Source: Lophium mytilinum
Taxonomy: Eukaryota
Length of the DNA: 64,000 nt
Assembly: GCA_010093605.1 (NCBI GenBank)
Contig: MU004187.1
Location: 124,001-188,000, forward strand
Direction: 5' to 3'
The notes under the pieces were generated by a model. The model searched no databases, was not told the DNA's origin, and worked only from the letters and a program-made list of their open reading frames with translations. The stretch's first letter is position 1. Each line of letters begins with the position of its first letter. The translations under genes and the position numbers were made by a program. This document shows positions 15,902-27,568 of this stretch, in pieces.

Positions 15902-17756
15902 GTAGACAGGTCAAGACATCAGTTGACCGCAGGCGGCATCAACGCAAGGTGCAGGTTGTTGGCGGCCCGTCTACGCGAGAAGCGACAAGAAATGAGATAT
16001 GTCATGCACGGAAATCCAACACCTACCCGCCAGAGACGCAAGAAGCAGAAAGGAAAGGGACCTGTGGCGCTGCCGATGGCAATGCTCTTCACTGTGACGC
16101 GCCCGAAGTCTGCTGCAGGTCTTTGAGGGGTGGCCCAGGCGAGGTGCTGGGCGCACTTCCAACCTTGCGGCTCCGCGCCATCTCCTCCCGTGACTCGGTC
16201 CGACAGCTTGTCAGCAGCAACGAAGCTTTCGAACTGTGAAGCAGCAAGACTATCAGCGCCCCAGACAACTAACTGCAACACTGCCTGCGTCGGACAATGT
16301 GCACCGCCAGCTGTTTTCCTCCTCATTTGACTGCCGTGAGCGCCTCGGGCCAGGAGCGGCAGGCTCATGCGTGGCGCTCACGAAAGCTATCTAATAAAGC
16401 AATATTGAAAACGGACATATCACCGCCATGCGACCCAGGCTGCTGCGTCTACGAGAGGACAATGCTGCCACGCCTGAGAGACAGCCTCCGGTCAAAGGCG
16501 CATCGCAGGCAGTCTCATGCACCCATATCGCTTCACCGTGTCCGTGGGACCGATCAGGTCCCGGGTCCTGGAGGCTGCAAACGCAAGGGCGGTTCCCTGC
16601 AGAGAGATAGATAGGCAGATCCGGGCTCGATCTTGAGTTCGTCCTAGAAGGGATGGCTTCAACTGACAGCACGAAGCCCACGCGCTGAGGTCTGATGGGA
16701 GACTGGTAACAGTGATGCCAACGTCAAGCCGAGTGTGTGCTCTGGCTAGAAGAACTGAAGCCGCCAAGCGTCAACGTTTCGTCCGATAACCACGATATGA
16801 TGTAGCAGAGCTTCCATAGACATGCCGACAAATATGCGCCTTGTGATGCTGCCTTCCACCAAAGCCTGTGCAGCAGATGAAGGGTGGATAGTCTGCCAGA
16901 TTAGATGCGCGTGCAAAACTTGGTCGCCAGCAGACTGCCGGTCAACGCTGTCCGGTCCCAGGGAGCAAGTCAGTCGAGCATGTTTCCTTCGAACCCATCG
17001 CAACTTTCGTTTGAGCCGGAGAAGCCGACACATTAGGTATGTCACTTCGTATTTGAACGACGGTTAGGAGTATTAGCAGCCAGGCAGTTGGAAGCATCGC
17101 TGCACCATATGAAGCGGCCACGAAAGACCCCAAAGGCCTCCCCCGACTGCTCTAGACATGCGCTTAGATGGAAAGGTCAAAGTGATTAGGAGGGAAGGCG
17201 AAGTATCGACACCATCGTGTCCAGTAAGACTGCTTGCTAGGCCGCGTCGCGTTCAGCGCCCACACAGTGCTACTGCTTTCATGTCCCACAACGATATAAA
17301 AACCATTTTCGAATATAGCATTGATAGCGATCGCTTCCGTGGTGGGTACGGGCGCAGTCGTGAGAGACATCGGTGTCTGCATAGGGCGGGGAATCATGAC
17401 ATCGCGAGCGGGCCAGCGCTGGCCACCGCCGTCCACCGCTGGCGGATCCGATGCATTATCAACTACCGGGTAGTGAAAAGAGACTGAAGTCAGCTCGCAG
17501 TATACGCACCTGAAAATGAGCGTCGTGGTCGATGGCGGCTGGCGGGGATGGTCGTGGAGTGATTGCGGTGAGAGGTTCTAGTCAAGAGAACGCTAGTGCC
17601 AAGCCATTCGGCAAGCCGGTCATGGGGGTAGGTAACCCTTTGCTTGAGATACCCAAATGTCCTTCCAAGTAATCAACGAGCTTGTCAATTTGAACATTGT
17701 GTAAACCATTCGAGTCGGAATTGACGGTGTGAAGGCTTTGCATAGGACTCAGGTTA

Positions 17757-17807
17757 ATGTCAAGATGTCAAGGTGTCAAGATGTCAAGATGTAAAGATGT
17801 CAAGATG
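17757..17807. repeat. 8-bp tandem repeat (ATGTCAAG) x6
   Basis: Read directly: atgtcaag atgtcaag gtgtcaag atgtcaag atgtaaag atgtcaag atg. Confidence 0.9.
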
Positions 17808-18450
17808 AGCTTTCGAGATTGAGATGCCACTTTCATTCCGCCCACCATCCTCCGACGCATCAAAAATGCCTTCTCCAAGTACCTACACACTCTCCAAATT
17901 TGCGTGCACGTACCTCACGCTGTTAAGCCTTCTTACACCATGAATAATTGCAACCCAGCATTCTCGGAGCCTAAAAGCGCCCTGGGCTATCTCGCCCACG
18001 CTTGGGTAGCGGAAACTGTAAGGGTTTAGTGTGCCACTTATTCATGCCCCTGGCCGGATCTACCCGTGTAAACAAACCACGCGTCTGTGTCATTCACTCA
18101 ACCACACAACTGCAGCGTCTGGACACGTAGAACTGTCCTGCTACAATAGCAACTCCTAGTAAGCTCGATAGAATAGAAAGAGTGTATTGAAGATGAATGC
18201 AAAATGCCCATGACCGTGGAAAGGTAGTGAAGTATTCCCGTCGTCGCACCTGACAATAGTGAGATGGCCCAAGCTCGTTGATATCATATTGTTACTCTGT
18301 CATCTGTATACCGTGAATACCTTCAATACCTTCAATACCATCGACCACGCCTGGAATGGCGGCTTTCTTTATAAACGTCCACTCCTTCTGCTTTTCGATC
18401 CTCTGTAATCTCTCTCCTCTCCAACACACCACACTCGTTCCGACAACAAC

Positions 18451-20367
18451 ATGCTGAGCCCAGAGTCAAGTCCAGAATCGGCCGGCGACCAGCCCGCTCG
18501 ACGTCGCGTGTCCCCATCTACCGTCACGCAGCACGGTCTGCCAACGCCGTCCAACAGCTTTTCGAACAACAATGCACATGGTCATGCCCACGATGGAGAA
18601 GGCGACATCGTCCGCCAGACCCCGGGACCTCAGGCTAATCCCCTCATCGCCCTTCAACCAGCGTCAGCCTTCAGGCACAAGCGCAATGCAAGCCAGACCG
18701 AGCCAGAAGTCGATGATAATCTGCCTACTTCGTCCAACACTCTCGCAGTCCCAAGGACCTTAGGCAGGAAACGCAGTCGTCTCTCAGATGACGGTGCCGA
18801 TACGCCCAGCACACCCGCCACTAATCTTGCGTGGTCGCTCGCAGCATCCTCAATTGCGGCACCCTCAATTCCAGCATCGTCTCTTAATGTTGGTTGGCCT
18901 CAGCAGCTCCCAACTCCTATCATAAGCCCTGCTAAACCCCCTTTCCACCTGTTGCAGAGCATACTCGACGTCTCGGACTTGTCTTTGAGACTTGCAATCA
19001 ACCTCCCCATCGAACAGTTTATCGACCTATACGCTATCTCAAAACAATTCCATTGGAACGTCAATTCCCATGTTCAAGGGTACATCAAGGCGTACGCCGC
19101 TCACAACGCGCCGGATACTGCCAAGGTATTCAAGTGGACCCAGTATGTCAAGTCGACTATCTACGATCCAGCCGTGCGCCCCATTGGCATCCGCCCCGGA
19201 GTACCTCTTCGTCTCAAAGACCTCAATCGCACGATTCCTGCTCTACGATGGCTTCAGAAGATCATGCACCGCGAGACAGTCGTCCACAGGATTGTCTCCT
19301 TACTCGCATGCGACAGAATTCGCCTTCCGTATGGTACCGCTGTGGTCCTTAAGAAGATCTGGTTCTTGCTAGAGCTCCCAACTTGCGGTCAGCGTGTGAG
19401 TATCCTGAGGGATGGCAAGGCTTGGCCAGAGAAGCATCTTTTACTCGCCACAATGTTTTTCCACAAGCTTGATCTACGATTCACTGATCTGGAAGAAGGC
19501 TTGGGCGAGCCGGCACTCCGTAATTTGCTGTTGACACAGAGGTCCCTCGTCCCGATGATGCGTGTCCTCGAGGGCTACTACGATCGCAAGGATAAGTACA
19601 GCGAGTTCGTAAATCTCGTTCTGGAGGCCTTCTACGACGAGAACGCAGATGCTGGCATTGACGGCGAAGATTACGAGGATGATGAATATGATTCAGACGA
19701 GGAACTAGACGAGATCGAGGACGGGATCGTTTTCGACCTGACAGATGCTGAGCGAACTGCTATACTCGCGGACATGCCATCTCTGGAAGGCACCAATGCT
19801 CAGCTTGTTCAGCAACATCCCCAAGCTGCGGAAACTCCCTACGGAGACATGACCGTGGCTGAGTTCTTCGAGATGCAGGAAGATGCAGACTTCGACTCCG
19901 ACTCCGAAGGCCCCGATGACAACCTCGTACTCAACCCTGGACACGCCGACCCGCGATTAAATCAGCCAGTTCAACCAGACCCAGACCCCAATCTTATCCT
20001 CGACACTGACAGCACCCGCTTTGGCGCCTTGGGCCACGAATTTTGGAACCGCTCCAGGCCAAAGCTTTACACTCCCGACTATTTAATTCTCTTCGAGGCG
20101 TTCGTCCGGGGATTGAATCTGCACCAGTACGTGGACGACATGATTATCTGGGGCAACAAGGACCCGAGGAATATGAAAGCGATTCCACCGATCCGACGGG
20201 CGTGGCTGGAGGGCGAGGACAACAGGAAGTACGAGGACGTAGAGGCACGGGAGGCCGATGAGATAGCTGCGCCGACTCCGTTGATCAGCCTCACCGAGGG
20301 CGAGGGGATGGAACTTGATGAAGTAATGGACGACGACGCAATGAGTGGGCTGGAGGATGACTACTAG
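18451..20367 (+). CDS. Hypothetical fungal protein, possible F-box-like domain, acidic C-terminus
   Basis: 638-aa ORF with a good start context (caacATG). Disordered N-terminus, then a globular region beginning LAINLPIEQFIDLYAISKQFH, then D/E-rich tracts. Confidence 0.8.
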   Translation: MLSPESSPESAGDQPARRRVSPSTVTQHGLPTPSNSFSNNNAHGHAHDGEGDIVRQTPGPQANPLIALQPASAFRHKRNASQTEPEVDDNLPTSSNTLAVPRTLGRKRSRLSDDGADTPSTPATNLAWSLAASSIAAPSIPASSLNVGWPQQLPTPIISPAKPPFHLLQSILDVSDLSLRLAINLPIEQFIDLYAISKQFHWNVNSHVQGYIKAYAAHNAPDTAKVFKWTQYVKSTIYDPAVRPIGIRPGVPLRLKDLNRTIPALRWLQKIMHRETVVHRIVSLLACDRIRLPYGTAVVLKKIWFLLELPTCGQRVSILRDGKAWPEKHLLLATMFFHKLDLRFTDLEEGLGEPALRNLLLTQRSLVPMMRVLEGYYDRKDKYSEFVNLVLEAFYDENADAGIDGEDYEDDEYDSDEELDEIEDGIVFDLTDAERTAILADMPSLEGTNAQLVQQHPQAAETPYGDMTVAEFFEMQEDADFDSDSEGPDDNLVLNPGHADPRLNQPVQPDPDPNLILDTDSTRFGALGHEFWNRSRPKLYTPDYLILFEAFVRGLNLHQYVDDMIIWGNKDPRNMKAIPPIRRAWLEGEDNRKYEDVEAREADEIAAPTPLISLTEGEGMELDEVMDDDAMSGLEDDY

Positions 20368-20711
20368 GCCTAATGACGCGTATGGGAATGGAAAAGCGCA
20401 GGCGCTGGTGCTTCTTTTCTTGCAGGCTGTGCAATTTGAGCAAGGAGCTTTGGGAGCGGAGTTTGTTACGGCGCTTCGATGCTTTGTCCGGTTTTGCGTT
20501 TGTGCGAGGTCAGGCAAAGACCCGGGGGTTCGTGGATACTGCTGTCTAGCATGTTCCTAGAAATTAGTTCTGCTGCGCTGAATGAGAAAACCATCTTCCT
20601 CACTAAACTTCTCAGTGTTAGTCCATTTGCACCTGTTCGACGATATCTTAGGTATTGTCTATTGAAGTCATGATGTGTCTTTGGAGCTCATAAGTGACAA
20701 GCCATAAGTCT

Positions 20712-20783
20712 ACACTGGTTCGCCACTGCTTGTGGCTACAGCGACAGGCCTTAAGTATGGGCACACTGGTTCGCCACTGCTTG
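20712..20783. repeat. 21-bp perfect direct repeat (ACACTGGTTCGCCACTGCTTG) x2, part of a degenerate ~50-bp duplication
   Basis: Copies at 20712-20732 and 20763-20783. The upstream flanks are also similar (gacaagccataagt / gacaggccttaagt). Confidence 0.85.
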
Positions 20784-21159
20784 AAGAACCCCTGAGGATT
20801 CCGAAGAATCAAAGGCAATGTCAAGTTTCAAGCAGTACAGATTAGACTGCCTCTTGACTGTTCTGCTGCTTCTGCAGCCAGGCTATCCCCTACAGTGGTA
20901 TCAGGTGAGCAAGATCGAACCCAAGCAGTAACAGATCTGTGTGCCCAGACATATGGCTTAGTCTTGTATATTGGGCGCGGTAGTGCAGTCTTGGAAAGAA
21001 AGTCTGCGCGCGGCGGATGTAGCATCGATGACTCGCATCTCCCTCTCTTGCCGCTCATCAATGAGAACGAGCAGGTTTAGAGGGGCTAGACAGTGCTCGA
21101 GCGTTTATACGTGCTGCGCTCAGAAAAATGCAAAAAGATATCAACACAGTAAACACAAG

Positions 21160-21300
21160 CGGGAATCAACCTAGGATCCCACGGGAGCAAAACCTGGGGC
21201 TCACGGAAGTGAGCCCGCCACCTTTTGGCGGCCGCCGGAAGAAACCCCTCGGAATACGTTTTTTAAGCGATTGGTCCGCAGACCACTTGGATTTTTTGGT
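21160..21300. ncRNA. Candidate structured RNA element, family unassigned
   Basis: Dense set of stem-loops: GGGCTCAC-ggaa-GTGAGCCC (21197-21216), GCCACC-tttt-GGCGGC (21217-21232), TGGTC-cgca-GACCA (21272-21285), flanked by A/T runs. Confidence 0.35.
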
Positions 21301-21571
21301 TGTGAAATGCTTGAAAAATGAAAGGCAGATATAGACTACCTTGGAATGTGGTTTACCAAAACCGTGCATCTCACTTACCAACAAGCCACAGTCTCTCACT
21401 TCATGGCGTGGCAAGTGGCTTTTTACGGATGTATGCCTTGGGGTATCATCATTCCAATCACAAACGCAAGCTCGAATTAGCAATCGATCATACGCTATCC
21501 TTTTGAAGAAGACATCTCGGACCCAAACGCCTCTAATGATGCCCCAATTCCCGATTCGTCTTCCCTCTACC

Positions 21572-22386
21572 TCACGCAGGCTTCCCCCTGTTCCCCTCGC
21601 CCCCCTTCTCCGTCTTCAAATCCGCCTCCTTCCGCTTCCTAATCTCCGGAAACTGAAACACCTTGCTCTTCCCCCCATTCAACCCCTTCCACACGCCAAA
21701 ATCCTGATAATTCACCCACGTCAACGCGCCCACCCATGGCTGCACATTCCACCCTAACTCTAGCACCGCGTCCGTCCTGTTCTGGAGCTTGCCGCTGAAA
21801 TCCGTGATCTGGTACTTCGGGCGCTGGGCCGCGAGGTGGATCTCACCAGGGGGGTAGGGCGCTTTCTTCCCTTTTGAGGCTTTGCCGTTCTTTGCGGGGT
21901 GGATGTACTGGTTGTGGTGGAGCGGAGCGGAGAGGGAGGGGAGCACGGCGTCCCAGATGATGGCTTGGGAGGGAGGCTCGCGGGGGTCGAGGGAGGGGTA
22001 GGTGGCGGTGAGGTAGAGGAAGACTTGTTTGGTGTTCCAGTTGAAGAGGGAGGTAAGGTCTATGGGAGGACTCGTGAGTATGGCAGAGTTGGTGGGGGTT
22101 ATGGACAGTATGGATGTACCTGCGTCGAGGTCGAACTTGATGTGGGCGTATTCTTCACGCTTGGTGCTGTAGTAGTGTGGGCGACCTCTTACTCTACAAG
22201 ACAGTTAGATAAGTACAAATAGAAGGGAGTTAGAAATACGTACACTTGTACATTCCTGAGCTTCACGCTCGCGGATGGAGCTTGTGGTGTCACGACGACG
22301 GAGAGCGCAACAATGGTCGCAACGACGAAGGCTACCGTGGTGAAGAAGCCGAAGACATTCTGGACACGCACGAGAGCGGAATGCAT
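21572..22386 (-). CDS. SPC3: Signal peptidase complex subunit 3 (SPC22/23)
   Basis: MHSALVRVQNVFGFFTTVAF, VRGRPHYYSTKREEYAHIKFDLDA|DLTSLFNWNTKQVFLY and WNVQPWVG. Introns 22243-22194 and 22119-22060. Confidence 0.93.
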
Positions 22387-22851
22387 GGTGGCTCTCTAGT
22401 ATCCAAACTCGTGAGGTGTTGGCGTTTGAGAGCTTCGCGCGGCGGTGGTTGCGGAGGTACCGTATACTCTGGCAACAGTGAGACGCCAGGCTTGGCACCG
22501 CTAGTCGATCCCCTAAACTAAAGAGCGTTCGAGGTGGATCCTAGCGGACTCCTAGCGGAGTTGTCAGACTGGCTCAGGGGGCGGGTGGCCCACAATTCAA
22601 GTCGCTGGCGTTGACCTGATACGCTGAAAATTTATGCTTGAGATCGCGTGCCAAGAGTGGCGTCTCTCTTTTGCCAGAGTATACGGTAGATCGAGCGATT
22701 CTAACACGTTTCAGGAAAGCGGCCTCAGCCCTATGAGACGTCAACGTCGCGGAATTCCACCCCTGCTGCAACCCACACCATGATACAAGGCCGCAATATC
22801 TGGAGAATATTATCTCTCTCTAGTATCTTAATGACTTGACTGCTCATCAAT

Positions 22852-23305
22852 ATGGCTCCAAAGTCAAAAGACAAGCCCCGAAAACCGAAGAAACCCTACC
22901 ACATCAAGCGTGAGGACCTCCATCTCGAAGAATATATCGAGGAACGAGACTCAAAAGATCCACGTATCTTCTTTTCGCGCCTCGGGCGTCACTTCTATCA
23001 TTCTACCCAATTGCGCATCTACATCGCTTTGCAGGTCATAGCAGTGTATATCGGTTTTGGGCAGCTGATGCTGATCATTGGTCTATTCTGGGCGATGCTG
23101 GCAAATACTACCAAGAGAAAAGAAGGCGAGATGAGCGCGTATTCTCTGTTTAACGAAGGCGTTGAAGCGTGAGTTTACTTTTGAGTTGCCCGTTCATATG
23201 CGTGTATACAATACTGCCCTCCTACTGATCCAGCTACGTAGGATTGCCGGTAGTCCAGATATGGAAGCTATTGAAAGGGAGCTAAGGACGACAACTGGTC
23301 TTTAA
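22852..23305 (+). CDS. SAYSvFN domain-containing membrane protein (SAYSD1-like)
   Basis: Hydrophobic hairpin followed by KRKEGEMSAYSLFNEGVEA|IAGSPDMEAIERELR. One intron (GTGAGT at 23169 to TAG at about 23241). Stop at 23303-23305. Confidence 0.85.
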
Positions 23306-23747
23306 TGCAAAAGTCGCTGCATTAGCGTGGGTTTAGTTTGCAAAGCTCCTCTAGTGTCAGTAGAACTCCGTCGGAAGTAAAATATAAACTACAGTACAGT
23401 ACTAAGCCACAAGTCTGGGCACATATACTCATTAGGTACACCTTGGCTCCAACTTGCTCACTCGACACCACTGTCGGGGGTACCCAGGCTATTGAGCAGC
23501 CTATGAGTCAAGAGGCAGTCCAATCTGCACTGATTGAACCTCGACATCACCCTTGGATCTTCGAAATCCTGTGGGGGAACCCCATGCGGTGTCGAGCTAG
23601 TGTGCCCAGACTTGTGGCTTGTCACTGTACTGTACTAGCCCACCAGGTTGTCTACAATTTCTGCGATGTATTGCTACCTTGTCTACCATTCTATTCCGGT
23701 CCCATCTACTGAATCGTTTCTATGTCATATATCATCATTCTCAGCTT

Positions 23748-26435
23748 CTACAGCTTGCTCTTTACCCTGCCCTGCTTAGCCAGCACTTCTTCTACCTTTG
23801 CAAACTGGTAATAGTAGTCCAAGCTTCCGGGGTTCAGCAGCGTACCACTCGGCTTGACAATCCTCCCAGAGACAATCTGCTTCACCGGCAATTCAACCTT
23901 CTTCAGATTGACGGTAGTCTAAATCCACACTGTCAATATGAAATCTCAGAGTTTGACACAAGACGACTTACCGGAATCTCAAAAGTCTCAAAAACATATT
24001 TCGGCACATGCCTTTTACTTAACGCCCTCCCAATCTCGTCCCGCACCCTCTCCACCAACCCCTCCCCAAACCTCTTCCCGTTCACCATCAGCAAAAACAA
24101 CATCACACTCTCATCCTCATCCTGCGGCCGCCGTTGGCCCACACAAATACTATCCTGCACCTCCTCTCCAAACCTATTCTCAATCACGCTATAAATTTCC
24201 GCGGACCCAAACCTTACCCCCGACGGGTTCAGCACCCCATCCGCGCGACCCAAAAACGTAATTTGCTTGGTAACTGGATGGACCACAATAAAATCACCAT
24301 GCGTCCACACGTGCGCGAACCGCGCGAAATACGCCGCCTGGTACGTCGCGGCGCCCTCCTTGCCCCAGAAAAACACGGGCTGGTTCGGGAAGCTCGCCGT
24401 CGCGACGAGTTCCCCGGGCACGCCGTCGTCGACTCTCGCGCCGGGCCCGCTGTCGATGGTAGCGTCGTAGACCTCGACTTTGGTGCCGAGGCTGGGGCCC
24501 TGGCAGCCGCCGACGTAGAGCGGGGTGAGGGGGTTCTCCATGCCGAAGCAGGCGGCGAGGTCGGTGCCGCCGGAGATGTTGGCGAGGTGGACGGCCGGGG
24601 GGAAGGCGGTGGTGTAGAACCAGGTGAAGAGGGTGTCGGAGAGGACCATGCCGGTGCTGGTGACGGAGCGGAGGGCGGAGAGGTTGGTGAGGGTTCGGGG
24701 GACGATGGAGGCTTTTTGGAGCTCGTGGAGGTATTTGGGGGAGGTGCCTAAATTTGTGACGCTGTGCGTGGTTTATCAGTATGGAGTTGAAGAAGTAAAA
24801 GGAGGGTGAGGAGGTACCGTTGTTCTCCAACTATCTTCATGAAGGTGGTTAGGTCGGGTTGGAAGGGTGAGCCGTCGTAGAGGACTGAGCGGCCGCCCCA
24901 GAGAAGGGTAAGGGCGACGCTCAGGTACATGATCCACCCGGTCTGGTTGCAGTCAGTTCTTGTCTCGCTTTTCCTGCGGTCGTGATCCCTCTTGACAACT
25001 GTCCAATAAAAGGGGCAACAGGTAAGACTCACAGTAGTATACTGCAACAACACAGTATCCGGCCCCGAGTCTCTATGCAACTTCCCCTCCTTCATCGCAC
25101 TCACCAACACCCCACCCGTGGAATGCACAATACACTTCGGCACCCCCGTCGTCCCCGAACTATACACGATTAAAAACGGATCCCGAAACTCAACCCTCTC
25201 GCACACCAACTTCTCATCACCCCTCGCTTTCTTCAAAAACTCCCCCAACGGCACCGCCATATCCACCCCCTCCAATCCAGCCGCCTCTTCAAACCTCGGC
25301 TGCACAACCACCGCCTCAAACTCGCTCACCTCCGCTTGCTTCAACCCAGCCACAATCTCCGCAATCTTCGGCCGTAAATCAACCGTCTTCCCATTATACA
25401 CCGCCCAATCATCCACAAACACAAACTTCGGCCGTATCTGCACCAACCGGTCCAACACCCCTTTAACCCCCATATCCGTGCTACTACTACTCCACAGCGC
25501 CCCCAGCGCCGCGGTCGCTAGGAAGCACGTCAGCGTGTCGAACGAGTTGCTTGCGACGAGGGCCACGCGGTCGCCCTTTTTGACGCCGGCGGCACGTAGG
25601 GCGTTGGAGAGGAGGCCGACGCGGGCGCGGAGGGCGCCGTAGGTGAGGGTGGCGACTTCGGTGTTGCCTTCGCGGATTTGGGTTAGGGCGGGCTTGGGGT
25701 CGGCTTTGTGCAGGGTGGTCAGGGTGGAGGGGGAGCTGGGGGAGGGCGTGTAGAGGAGGTTTTCGGTGAAGTTGAGGCGGGTGCCGGCGAACCAGTGGGG
25801 GAGGGCGTCCATGGGGATGGTGGTGTCGACGGGCTGGCGGGTTGGTTAGTTGAGGGGGTGGGTTGAGGTGGTTTGTTTGGAAGTGGTGATGTATATGAGG
25901 AAGAGTGGAGGAAGTGGGTTGCGTATAGCTTAAGAAGAGATAAAAACGCTTAACTACGAAGCCATGTACTAAATTTGGAGTAGATATAACAAGAGATGAA
26001 TAGGGGGAAGAGCTTTGGTATGAAATATGAGAACAAAACAAACGGAAGAGCCTACCTGATCGAAACTCCCCTCATGCACCAGCTCAATCTCATCCCATAT
26101 TTCCCTCCAGAAGTCATTCCGGGTCTCTCCCACAGACCACTCATACAGATCCTGGAATGTCTGTTAAACAATTAGTTATCTACGTCTAGAAAGTGTAAAG
26201 CCTTAATTCGGATGCACCATATTACTCCACCGAGTTATACTCCAGAATGGTGTCATGCAAAATAAAAGTAGCCATGACCGAGATCTTTGATTGAGTAAAC
26301 TTGACGTAGTTCGCTTACCTTCATACTCAACCCCCATTTCCGATTAGCCTTCTGCATGAACTTGTACATACGCGTGCTCTCAGGGTCTGGATGCTCCCAT
26401 AGTTTCTGCGGGATCGGAAGGTCGGTAGTGGCCAT
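23748..26435 (-). CDS. Acetoacetyl-CoA synthetase (acetoacetate-CoA ligase), multi-exon, ending in -SKL
   Basis: LWEHPDP N-terminus, WFAGTRLNFTENLL, AMP-binding YSSGTTGVPKCIVH, ISGGTD, WTHGDF, GRADGVLNPSGVRFGSAEIY and NLKKVELPVK. The last exon ends AGC AAG CTG TAG. Confidence 0.93.
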
Positions 26436-27568
26436 CTTGATCTCGAGGGATGTAGCGAAGCTTGACAATCCTAGAGTACTCCAAGAGAAATTCGAGATAA
26501 ACAACGAAAATCTCAGATATGACTCTCAAGACACAGATAGTCCGTCCGCGGAATAACACCCTCTTCTCTTCTCAAACTCCGAATCTCAATATTAGCACAG
26601 CTGCAAGAAACAGAGATCTAATCAAAAGCCCTCTTTAGATGCTGCCAGGTAGATGAGGTTTTAAAGAAATATACAAACCTCAAGGATCCGATTCGCAATT
26701 GTAATCGACCCCTCCAGTAGGTAGTCCGCTCACAAATCGCCGAGGCATGTCATGTTACCCCCCGTTCCGATACCGCAAAAGCACCGACCATTACCCCGGC
26801 CCCTGGCTCCTCGGTTGTTGATTGCAAGCTTTTGCGGGGAAGCGAGTGCGATAAAAGTGGGTACAAGCTAGGCTGCTTTTGCAACTCGAGAGCTGGGGTT
26901 ATGCCGCTTTGGGGAAGTGAAGGATGATTGGTGGGATTTGGGGATCGGAGGTGATTGGGTGAAAAGGAGAACGGACCGTGTTGGAAGGATTTTGTTATTC
27001 TCCGGGCTTGGGCTTAAAATAGTGATGAAATTTACCGTGCGCCTCCTGGATTAGTGGGAGGTTCGTCGAGGTTGATGGGTGAACCGGCGACTTGGTGTGT
27101 TGTGCTCGATAATAGATCTGGAAGAACTCGTGTGGTGGGATTAGGGTGAGTGATCTAGATTTGGCGGGGTCTTAGGGAGAGCAGTATAGTAAGGAATAGG
27201 GGTTTAAGATGAAAATCATATAGGTTGGGATGTAACGGAGATGACGACGTCTATACAGTTCACGACTCACGACCCATGTGGTGTCAAATTTTGCGCCTGC
27301 AGAAAGATTGACTGATAATGATAGGATTGATATCTATCTATAGTCGTAAAGCTTGAACAGCTTCGTCATATCGACTTTTCCCGTCTGTTCTTCGAAACAG
27401 CCGTTACAAAACATGATATATACAAGAATACAGGTGCGATTGCAAGAACGCTAGAAAAATAGAAAGGCATCCCAAGAAGAACAACGGTAACCCCAAGGGT
27501 ATCTCTGCACCAAACGCCGCGAACTCCAAACCATGCTACAAATGTATCACGAGCGTTGCACGATCACC

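Noticed and set aside
20712..20783. Repeat-spacer-repeat resembling a mini CRISPR array
   Set aside because: Only two copies, eukaryotic context, no cas genes, and the flanks are also duplicated, so it is a local tandem duplication.
21160..21300. Telomerase RNA 3' end (Sm-like site plus hairpins)
   Set aside because: No TAACCCTAA-like template was found upstream, and the intergenic space (about 1.2 kb) is short for a Pezizomycotina telomerase RNA.
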